This document shows positions 1-7,567 of a DNA stretch of 40,269 bases, piece after piece. The position numbers and the translations under genes are program-made. Source of the DNA: an uncultured bacterium. GTDB taxonomy: Bacteria; CAYJRR01. The notes below the pieces were generated by a model. It was given only the letters and a program-made list of their open reading frames with translations, had not been told where the DNA came from and searched no databases. The stretch spans positions 68,962 through 109,230 of the forward strand of contig CAYJRR010000001.1 in the NCBI GenBank assembly GCA_964372275.1, written 5' to 3'. The first letter of the stretch is position 1, and each line of letters begins with the position of its first letter.

Positions 1-50
1 GCAGCCGAGACCAGACCGACGTATCCCGCGCCGACGACGCAGACCTTCAT
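1..50 (-). CDS. ugd: UDP-glucose/GDP-mannose dehydrogenase family protein, 5' end only (runs off window)
   Basis: Reverse strand from ATG at 50 reads MKVCVVGAGYVGLVSA, the typical N-terminal Rossmann motif (GxGYVGL) of this family; only 16 codons are visible. Confidence 0.7.
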   Translation of the reverse strand, partial: MKVCVVGAGYVGLVSA

Positions 51-125
51 CACCGTCGCGTTCTAGTCACTGCCGACGTCTCGGCAACGGCGCGCCGTAC
101 GCGCCGGCGTCCGACCGAGCGCCGG

Positions 126-680
126 TTACGGCTTCCAGCAGGTGTCGAGCTTCAGGTCCGACTGGTTGCTGGCCAGCCGGGCGTGGTGCTCGCGGGCGCG
201 CACCATGAACTTGTCGAGCATCCCCTCGGTCGCCGGGTTCTTCGTCGCGCGCTTGGCCGCCGCCTCCACGTCGTGGAAGGCGAGGACCTGGGACTGCGGG
301 ACCAACAGATCGACGGCGCAGTCGAGGTTGCCGCCGAAGTGGTCATGGGCCGACTGGGCGAAAAAGCCGGGATTCGCGCGGAAGACCGAAAACAGGTCGT
401 AGCGGTATTGGGCCAGCGGCTGGCCGGTCTCCCTCACCCGGGCCCGAAAAAGCGCGGCCATGATCTCCCGGTCTTCGTATTGCGCTGCCATTCGGATAAA
501 CTCGTCCCACACCTTGTTGTTGCGGCCGGTGCGCTCGCCCAGGTTCTTCAGGTGCTGTTGCTTGAAGCGGGCGTCCTTGGGAGGCATCGTCGCCGCCGAC
601 GACGCGGAGGGTCCGGAGGAGAGGGCGCCGAGAACGAGCGCGAGAACGAGGGAACGATCGATCGTTCGACTCAACCTCAT
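126..680 (-). CDS. Hypothetical exported protein (184 aa)
   Basis: Signal-peptide-like N-terminus (MRLSRTIDRSLVLALVLGALSSGPSASSA), natural composition, two Cys; TGgTAGTCT box 7 nt before the ATG. Confidence 0.7.
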   Translation of the reverse strand: MRLSRTIDRSLVLALVLGALSSGPSASSAATMPPKDARFKQQHLKNLGERTGRNNKVWDEFIRMAAQYEDREIMAALFRARVRETGQPLAQYRYDLFSVFRANPGFFAQSAHDHFGGNLDCAVDLLVPQSQVLAFHDVEAAAKRATKNPATEGMLDKFMVRAREHHARLASNQSDLKLDTCWKP

Positions 681-687
681 GAGCGGA

Positions 688-696
688 AGACTACCA
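688..696 (-). promoter_or_regulatory. Putative extended -10 element (TGgTAGTCT), probably a leaderless transcript
   Basis: TAGTCT at 693-688 (minus strand) with TG one base upstream, 7 nt before ATG 680; no SD. Confidence 0.5.
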
Positions 697-709
697 GAGG
701 GGAGACGCG

Positions 710-2554
710 ATGCACAGAGGGGGGCGTAGGAGGGAGCACCTCTTCCGGTCGAGGCGGGCGTGGGTCGTGTTGTTCTGCCTCGCGCAGGTGGCCGCGGCGA
801 AGGTCTGGGCGGAGTGCCGGGAGCGCGATCCCGAGCTGACGGCGCAGATCAAGCGGCTCGTCGCCGACATCGAGTCCGGCCGGCGAGACGACATCAAGAG
901 CGTCGACGACTTCCTGATGGCCCTCCCGCCGACCGTGCGGCAGAGCATGATCTTCATCGCCGACAGCCGCAGCCTGCAGGAGTCGACCGTGCAGGCCCCC
1001 CGCGTCCTGGTGAAGACCCCCAACTCCGACGTCGTCTTGAGCTTTGGAACCGATCCGAGCCTCCGTGGCTACGACGCCATCGAGATGACGGTCTGGAACG
1101 GGAAAACGGCCAAGGTGGAGATGGCGGAGTTGCGCTTCCCCGCCGACAGCAGCGATGAACGGCTCCGGGCCTCCGGCAAGGTGTCGGTGGAGCACAACCC
1201 GCAGAAGTGCGTCGTCTGCCACTCCGAGCCCCGCCGTTGGACGATCGATCCCTACCGATTCTGGGCCGGCCACATCCCATGGACCGAGGACGCCCTGAAC
1301 AAGGGGTCGATCGAGGTGGAGTGGTACAAGGAGTTCCTCCGCAAGGTCGAGAGCGGGCAGCCGCGATGGCGGGCGCTCCGGCCGATGGAGACGATCGCCG
1401 AAATCGACCAGGCGCTGGAAAGGACCGGGCGATACCAGATCAAGTCGACCCAGAGCGAGACGACCCAGCCGAACAACACCCCCTCGCTCGACATGTCTCA
1501 CCAGTTTTTGATCTACAACGGCTGCCGGATCGCCCACGAGCTCGCCGCCCGGCCCGACTGGAACAAGATCAAGTACGCCGCCACCGCCGCCGTCACCCAG
1601 ACCTGCTCCGATCCCTCGAAGTTCCTCGACGACGCCGGCAACCGCAGCGCGCGAAGCTGGTTCGAGGAGCGCGGTCGCGGGGTGAAGAACGGGAAGTTCA
1701 ACTACGACGAGCTGACCAAGGACACGGCGAAGAAGCAGCGCTCCCTTTCTCCGGACCGAGAAGGCCGGCAGCAATGGTTCTTCGAGAAGTACTTGGGTTC
1801 CGAGGAGGCGGCGAAGAAGGAGATCGACCAGGCGCACGGTGCACTGCTGCGCAAAGACCGGGAGTTCTCGGGCGAGCACGGGTCGCGATTCCCGACGTTC
1901 GAGAACAGCACCGACGAGGTCACCAAGACGCGCTACCTGCTGGAGCCGCTGGGGATCGAGGTCAACAAGTGGTCGATGGCGATCGATCCCGAGACCTACT
2001 CCCACGTCGAGTTCTTCCCGGAGATTGCCAAGGCCAAGCCGATCCAGGACGTGGTCGACGAGATCAACGCCATGCCCGGACCGGGGTCGTTCTGCGACAA
2101 GCTCGCCGCCAAGAGTCGCGAGGCGATGCGAAGTCCCGGCGGCGGCCCGGCGGGGGGAACGGTCGCGACGGGCATCGAAGGGTACTGCTCCCCCGAGGAG
2201 CTGGCCGTCCAGGCCCGGGACTTCGCGCGCGGGATGACGCCGATGCTGCTCCGCGCCCGCGCCGCGGAGGCGCTGCGCGTCTGCGCGGGGTGCCACACCT
2301 CCGGGGCGCTCGGCGCGCCGAAGCTCCCGTTCCGGGACATGGGCGAGCTCGAGGCGCGCATCCAGCGGACCAAGGGCCGGCTCGACGACTTCGGCGAGCG
2401 GATGTGGGGACGGATCAGCCGGAACCCGGAGATGGCCGGGGCGATGCCCGCCTTCGGAACGCCGCTGACCAACGAGCAGAAGGTCGCCGTCCGGGCCTGG
2501 CTCGACGGCATCGGCCGCCCCTCGACGGGATCGTCGTCGCCGGGCACGCGGTAG
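710..2554 (+). CDS. Exported diheme c-type cytochrome (614 aa) with a C-terminal class I cytochrome c domain
   Basis: Signal-like N-terminus (RRAWVVLFCLAQVAAAKVWA); CVVCH at 1208-1222 and CAGCH at 2282-2296; distal-Met motif AMPAFGTPLTNEQKVAVRAWL; exact start uncertain. Confidence 0.8.
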   Translation: MHRGGRRREHLFRSRRAWVVLFCLAQVAAAKVWAECRERDPELTAQIKRLVADIESGRRDDIKSVDDFLMALPPTVRQSMIFIADSRSLQESTVQAPRVLVKTPNSDVVLSFGTDPSLRGYDAIEMTVWNGKTAKVEMAELRFPADSSDERLRASGKVSVEHNPQKCVVCHSEPRRWTIDPYRFWAGHIPWTEDALNKGSIEVEWYKEFLRKVESGQPRWRALRPMETIAEIDQALERTGRYQIKSTQSETTQPNNTPSLDMSHQFLIYNGCRIAHELAARPDWNKIKYAATAAVTQTCSDPSKFLDDAGNRSARSWFEERGRGVKNGKFNYDELTKDTAKKQRSLSPDREGRQQWFFEKYLGSEEAAKKEIDQAHGALLRKDREFSGEHGSRFPTFENSTDEVTKTRYLLEPLGIEVNKWSMAIDPETYSHVEFFPEIAKAKPIQDVVDEINAMPGPGSFCDKLAAKSREAMRSPGGGPAGGTVATGIEGYCSPEELAVQARDFARGMTPMLLRARAAEALRVCAGCHTSGALGAPKLPFRDMGELEARIQRTKGRLDDFGERMWGRISRNPEMAGAMPAFGTPLTNEQKVAVRAWLDGIGRPSTGSSSPGTR

Positions 2555-2585
2555 CGACTCGGTCGCCCCCGAAGCGACGAGTCGA

Positions 2586-4412
2586 TCAGAACCGCGCGAG
2601 CCATTCGAGGCGGGCGCCCTCGAAGGCGGGGATCACGCGGCAGGTGCCGCCGGAGCACTTCAAGCCGCCCTGCGTCGCGCCGGCGAAGGCGCGAATCGTC
2701 GACCGGTCGGTCGGATCGACCGCGACCTCCAGCGCGCCGAACGTGTAGCGCGAAAGGTTCCCCTCGCGGCCGCCGATCCCTTCGAGGACACGAAGGTCGG
2801 TGGTGGTGTCGACCAGCGCCGACAGCGCGAGTCGGCGCCAGGGCCGGAGCGACGCCACCAGCTGATGGACGTCGAATCGGCTCTCGTCGCCCGAGAAGAC
2901 CGACGTCTCGTACTGCCGGTAGACGAGGTACTTGACCTCGACGTCGAGCCCGCGCCACGGGAACAGCACGTCGACGTCGGCGTGGGCGATGGCGTCGTCG
3001 TCGCCCCGCCACGGGAGCAGCCGATCGAGCGCGGTGTGCTCCCCGCGCGGATCGGCCATCCGCTTCTCGAATCGCACGCCGGCGGTGACCTGGTAGAAGC
3101 GCCCCTCCCCCCCGGCGGCCGCCCCCCGCCGTTCGAAGCCGCCGTAGAGGTGGTCGATCCGCTCGTTGCCGTTGCGGATGCTGCCGGGCCCGAGCTCGTG
3201 CCGGTGGCCCAGGTCGTCGAACCGGGCGTAGGTGAGGCGGGCGATCCCTCCGCCGACGGCCATCGACGCCGCGAGCCGCCCGCCGGTGACGTCGTTGGAG
3301 TTGACCGCCTCCGACACGTTGCGGGTGACGACGTTCTCCTTCTCCAGCGTCGGTGGCGTCGAGTAGTCGTAGGGGGAGACGGCCGTCTCGCTCTGGCGGA
3401 CGTTGAGCACCTCCAGGTTCGAGTACCGCTTCCCCTCGAGCTGCAGCGTCAAGCCGCCGAGGTACCCGGTGAGCGCGCCGTAGAAGCCGTGGCCCGAGCG
3501 GTCGGCGGCGGCCTCCTCCACCTGGCCGGAGTAGAGCGCGGCGTTCCCCTCGAGATAGAGGTCGGCCTTCCCGGCCAGGTCCGGCGCCGAGATCGAACCG
3601 CCGACGACGTCGGCGCGCTCGAGATCGAGCAGTTCGCCGCGCACCAACGTCCGGCCGGGGGCGAGCGGGTCGATGCGCAGCAGGCTCGCGTGCGCCGCCA
3701 ACTCGACCGGACCGGCGGTCGCGGCGACGCGGGCGCCACCGAGGAGATCGCGCGGGTCACGGCGGATCCGGTTGCGGAACCCCGTGGTGATCGTCTGCGG
3801 ATTGGAGTACCCGGCCCACGCGGCGATCGAGAACGGGCCGGCGGTGACGTCCGCGGAAAGCCCCTCGATCGACGTGTCGATGTCGAGCTCGGTGTTCTTC
3901 ACCAGCGAGAGGGCCAGACCGCGGCCGAGCGCGCGATAGGCGTCGCCGACCTCCACCGATACGGCGTCGAAGCGTGCCCGCGCGAACTTCTTCTCGAGCA
4001 CCAGGACCGAGACGTCCGAGGGGATCCACGCGGAGGAGGTCCAGCCGAGCGGCGGATCCCGATCGCCGGTGAGCCCCGCGCGATCGTTGGGGGTGGCCAC
4101 GGCGACGTCTCCTTGAAGCCCGAGCTCCAGGTGGGGGCGGGTGCCGAGGAGGTAGAGGCGATTCATTCCGTCGAGGAACTGCTCGTTGTCGCGGGTGGAG
4201 GGGTCGTCTTGCCAGGAGCGGAGGACCCCCTCTTCGGAGAGGGAGAACGACCAGCGGGAGGGCGGAGTCGCGGGCGCGGCCGCGGCCGGGGTCGCGGCCG
4301 GGGTCGGGGTCGCGACCGAGGGCGAGTCCGAATCCGTAGCCGTAGCCGTAGCCGTAGCCGTAGCCGAGGCCACGCCAATCGCGGCGGCGAGGGCCGCGGC
4401 GAGGCGGATCAT
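2586..4412 (-). CDS. Outer-membrane beta-barrel protein, DUF6029-like (608 aa)
   Basis: Start ATG 4412 overlaps the upstream stop (ATGA); signal peptide MIRLAAALAAAIGVASA; amphipathic strands; C-terminus GGLKCSGGTCRVIPAFEGARLEWLARF ends in Phe and resembles the DUF6029 C-terminal motif as I recall it. Confidence 0.7.
   Translation of the reverse strand: MIRLAAALAAAIGVASATATATATATDSDSPSVATPTPAATPAAAAPATPPSRWSFSLSEEGVLRSWQDDPSTRDNEQFLDGMNRLYLLGTRPHLELGLQGDVAVATPNDRAGLTGDRDPPLGWTSSAWIPSDVSVLVLEKKFARARFDAVSVEVGDAYRALGRGLALSLVKNTELDIDTSIEGLSADVTAGPFSIAAWAGYSNPQTITTGFRNRIRRDPRDLLGGARVAATAGPVELAAHASLLRIDPLAPGRTLVRGELLDLERADVVGGSISAPDLAGKADLYLEGNAALYSGQVEEAAADRSGHGFYGALTGYLGGLTLQLEGKRYSNLEVLNVRQSETAVSPYDYSTPPTLEKENVVTRNVSEAVNSNDVTGGRLAASMAVGGGIARLTYARFDDLGHRHELGPGSIRNGNERIDHLYGGFERRGAAAGGEGRFYQVTAGVRFEKRMADPRGEHTALDRLLPWRGDDDAIAHADVDVLFPWRGLDVEVKYLVYRQYETSVFSGDESRFDVHQLVASLRPWRRLALSALVDTTTDLRVLEGIGGREGNLSRYTFGALEVAVDPTDRSTIRAFAGATQGGLKCSGGTCRVIPAFEGARLEWLARF
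4334..4366. repeat. Hexamer tandem repeat (CCGTAG)x5 within the CDS, encoding an Ala-Thr run
   Basis: ccgtagccgtagccgtagccgtagccgtagccg read directly. Confidence 0.9.
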
Positions 4413-5056
4413 CGGGGCGTGGGGGCGGCCGCGGAGTCGGGTGCGGGTGCGGACTCGGATTCGGTCGCGGCCGCGGGTGCGGATGCCGGTGCGGTCGCGG
4501 CCTCGGACCCGGTCGCCGTCCCGGCCCCCGCCGCGGATCCGGACGCCAGCAGTCCCTTCAGCTCCTCCTCCAACGCCCCCTCGTCCCCCGGCCGAAAGCC
4601 GAAGTGCTCGGCGACGACGTAGCCGCGGCGGTCGATCACGGCGCTGAACGGGACGGCCTTTTTCGGGTTGTAGAGCGAGACGACCTGGGTCTGGGTGTCG
4701 AGCAGCACCGGGAAGGAGAGCTTCTGTTCGCGCACGATCGGTTTGACCTTCGCCGCCGACTTCGGGTCGTCGATCGACACCAGCACCACGCGCAGGCCCT
4801 GGTCGCGGTAGGCCCGGTGGAGCTTCTCGAGCGTCGGCAGCTCGGCCTGGCACGGCGCGCACCAGGTGGCGAAGAAGGTCAGCAGCACGACGTCCTTCGA
4901 CAGGTGGTCGGCGAGATCGAACCGCCTGCCGTTGACGTCCTTCAATCGGAACGCCGGCGCCGGCCGCTCGACGCCGAACGCCGCCCACGGCGCGGCGATC
5001 GAGGCGGCGGTCAGGCCGGCGACCAGGACGGCTCGTACCGTGGCGTGCCGGCGCAT
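4409..5056 (-). CDS. TlpA/ResA-like thiol:disulfide oxidoreductase (215 aa) with a low-complexity C-terminal tail
   Basis: Signal peptide; PAPAFRLKDVNG; LLTFFATWCAPCQAELP; AVPFSAVIDRRG (cis-Pro loop). Confidence 0.9.
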   Translation of the reverse strand: MRRHATVRAVLVAGLTAASIAAPWAAFGVERPAPAFRLKDVNGRRFDLADHLSKDVVLLTFFATWCAPCQAELPTLEKLHRAYRDQGLRVVLVSIDDPKSAAKVKPIVREQKLSFPVLLDTQTQVVSLYNPKKAVPFSAVIDRRGYVVAEHFGFRPGDEGALEEELKGLLASGSAAGAGTATGSEAATAPASAPAAATESESAPAPDSAAAPTPR

Positions 5057-5674
5057 CAGTACTCCAGCACCGGGTCCTTTTCGAGCTGGTTGTTGACCTT
5101 GGTCCGCAGCGTCGACTGGCTCATCCCGCCGGCCTGGTTGTAGCGGACGACCTGGTCCTTATCGAGGATGACGTTCAGCGGGATCGCCGCCTGCTCGTCG
5201 GCCGGGAGGAAATCGGAGAACATCGCGCCGCCGGAGTCGGGGAGGCGGGTGTAGGTGATGTCGTACTCCGCCTTCCACTCGGTGATGAACTCCCCGTCNN
5301 NNNNNNNNCCGATCTCCGTCCCAGTCTTCGCTGAGGAACATCAGGATCTCGAATCCGTCCCCCTTGAGCTCTTCGTAGACCGCCTGGATGTCCGGAGCCT
5401 CGTCGCGGCAGGGCGGGCACCAGCCGGCGCCGAAGTTCAGCAGGACCACCTTCCCGGCGTAATCACGCAGGCAGACGTCGTTGCCGTACATGTCCTGCAC
5501 CTGGAAGTCGGGCGGGGTCTCTCCGACGTCGATCCCCTCCTCGGTCGTGGGAAACCCTTCCGGCATCACCCGCTCGCAGGCGGGGACGGAGGCCGCGCTG
5601 TCCCCCTCCCCGCCGCTGCAGGCGACGGCGACCACGGACAGGACGGATAGCGACGGGACGAGAACGGTGCGCAT
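5056..5674 (-). CDS. TlpA-like redoxin lipoprotein spanning the assembly gap
   Basis: MRTVLVPSLSVLSVVAVA-C lipobox-like signal; LLNFGAGWCPPCRDEAP; after the N gap the frame continues DGEFITEWKAEY...AIPLNVILDKDQVVRY...VLEY to TGA 5058-5056, overlapping the next ATG. Confidence 0.8.
5299..5308. other. Assembly gap (10 N placeholder)
   Basis: Run of ten n characters. Confidence 0.99.
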
Positions 5675-5818
5675 GGAACCCTCCGAATCGTCGGCCCCCG
5701 ACACGTGGGTGACCGATCCCTGACGCTAGCCTCCGGCTCGGGAGGTCGTCAACGGTCGTGGAAGTGCAGGCGGGCCGTGACGAATCGGCATTGTCGTACA
5801 ATTCGGGTCGGCCCACGC

Positions 5819-7561
5819 ATGAGCGACTTCGGACGCTACAACCTGCTGCGCCGGGTCGGCAGCGGCGGGATGGCCGAGATCTGGAAGGCCCGGGTCCGGG
5901 GACCGGCCGGGTTCGAGAAGATCCTGGCGATCAAGAAGGTCCTCCCGAGCCTGGTCGAAGAGGCCGGTCGCGATTTCATCGAGATGTTCGTCGAAGAGGC
6001 GAAGCTCGTCGCCACGCTGATGCACCCCAACATCGTCCAGGTCTTCGACTTCGGCCAGGCCGGCCGTCACGAGTACTTCATCGCCATGGAGTACGTCGCC
6101 GGGCAGAACCTGCTGCGGGTCGCGCACCGCCTGGAGGGTCGCGGCGAATCGATGCCGATCGCCTGCGCGCTCCTGATCGGAGCCGAAGCGGCGCGCGGGC
6201 TGGCGTATGCCCACGGCCGCACCGATGCGACGGGGACCCCGCTGCGCATCGTGCACCGCGACATCTCGCCGCAGAACCTGCTCCTCTCCTACTCGGGCGA
6301 GGTGAAGATCGCCGACTTCGGCATCGCCAAGGTCGCCGACAGCCTGCAGCACACGGCGCAGGGCCACGTGCGCGGGAAGCTCTCCTACATGAGCCCGGAG
6401 CAGGCGTCGGCGAAGACGATCGACCACCGGAGCGACCTGTTCTCCCTGGGGGTCGTGCTGTACGAGCTCTTCACCCGGCAGAGGCTGTTCAAGGGGAAGG
6501 ACAACTGGGAGACGCTCGGAAACGTCACCCGGTTCACCGGACTGACCGATCGCCAGATCGAGGCGCTGCCACCGGAGGCTCGCGACGCGCTCCGCACCGC
6601 GCTCGATCCCGACCCGGCGGCGCGATTCCAGGACGGGACGCAGATGGAGGCGGCGCTGACCGCCTCACTGGGATCGGGGGCGCTGATCGAGGCCCGGAAG
6701 GCGCTGGCCGCGCTCCTCCAACGCGCGTTCGAGGAGGAGCTGTCGCTCGAGACCTCGGTCGACGCCGTCCCCGTGGAGGAGGGCTCCCGCACGGAGCCGG
6801 ACTCGGCGGTGTCGGCCGCGTTCGCGCCGACCGGATCGACGGGCGACCTCACGTCGCGCGGGGCATCGGCGGCGGGCGCCGGCGCGGGGCTCCAGACTGC
6901 GGTCGAAGGCGACGAACGACTGTTCCGTGACAAGGTCGGAACCGAAACGCTCCTTTCGCCGGCCTCGACCGTGGTCGAGCGGCCGGCGCGGCTGCCGTCG
7001 TCGCGGCGCCGCCGTCGCCGCTTGGGGCCGTCGGTCTACGGCCTCTTCGGCCTCGCGGCGGTCGCCCTCGCCACGGCCGGGTATTTCGCAGGCCGGCGTG
7101 GAACGCCGCCGGCCGGGCACGTCGCACCCGCGAGCCGAATCGGTGACGCCGGTCCCGCGGAAGGCGCCCGCTTTCGCCCCACCGTTCCGGATCCCCTCCC
7201 CCCGGAGGTCCCGCTGCGGGCGGTGGTGCACGACGACCCACCGGCGACCGCGGCTGCGCGGACAGCCCCCACGGCGCGGCCGCCGATCGCGCCCCCGCAG
7301 CCTGCCGCGGGCGAGCCGGCCCCCGCGGCCACCGGGACGCTCTCGGTCCGCGCCTTGCCGTGGGTCGAGGTTTGGGTCGATGGCGAGCGCGTCGCCCGCG
7401 AGACGCCGCTGCAGGGTCACCGCCTCCCCGCCGGTCCGCACGTCCTGACGGTCGCCAACCCCGCTCTCGGATTCCGCGCGGAGCAACCGTTCACGATCGA
7501 GGCGGACGCCGAGGTCGCGTTCGTCGTCGACGTGAAGGCCGGAACGGTCCGGCGCCGCTGA
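5819..7561 (+). CDS. Hanks-type Ser/Thr protein kinase with a TM helix and C-terminal PEGA domain
   Basis: GSGGMAEIW, LAIKK, HRDISPQN, DFG and YMSPEQ intact; RRRRRR followed by a hydrophobic helix; Pro/Ala linker; GTLSVRALPWVEVWVDG...LPAGPHVLTV PEGA pattern; TACAAT at 5797-5802. Confidence 0.92.
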   Translation: MSDFGRYNLLRRVGSGGMAEIWKARVRGPAGFEKILAIKKVLPSLVEEAGRDFIEMFVEEAKLVATLMHPNIVQVFDFGQAGRHEYFIAMEYVAGQNLLRVAHRLEGRGESMPIACALLIGAEAARGLAYAHGRTDATGTPLRIVHRDISPQNLLLSYSGEVKIADFGIAKVADSLQHTAQGHVRGKLSYMSPEQASAKTIDHRSDLFSLGVVLYELFTRQRLFKGKDNWETLGNVTRFTGLTDRQIEALPPEARDALRTALDPDPAARFQDGTQMEAALTASLGSGALIEARKALAALLQRAFEEELSLETSVDAVPVEEGSRTEPDSAVSAAFAPTGSTGDLTSRGASAAGAGAGLQTAVEGDERLFRDKVGTETLLSPASTVVERPARLPSSRRRRRRLGPSVYGLFGLAAVALATAGYFAGRRGTPPAGHVAPASRIGDAGPAEGARFRPTVPDPLPPEVPLRAVVHDDPPATAAARTAPTARPPIAPPQPAAGEPAPAATGTLSVRALPWVEVWVDGERVARETPLQGHRLPAGPHVLTVANPALGFRAEQPFTIEADAEVAFVVDVKAGTVRRR

Positions 7562-7567
7562 TCGCGC

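Noticed and set aside
126-680. Possible paralogy with the 37223-37792 protein (shared AALFR, similar size)
   Set aside because: Five residues in Ala-rich helical proteins is insufficient and I could see no further alignment
2586-4988. 800-aa version of the barrel ORF
   Set aside because: The first ~190 aa are an off-frame reading of the TlpA gene; the signal peptide starts at 4412
4409-5674. Selenocysteine in the redoxins or the barrel
   Set aside because: All redox motifs use TGC codons; the TGA codons are true stops overlapping the next start
5056-5704. Apparent frameshift or pseudogene in the redoxin lipoprotein
   Set aside because: The frame change coincides with the 10-N gap; both sides read as one continuous TlpA fold, so it is most likely an assembly placeholder artefact
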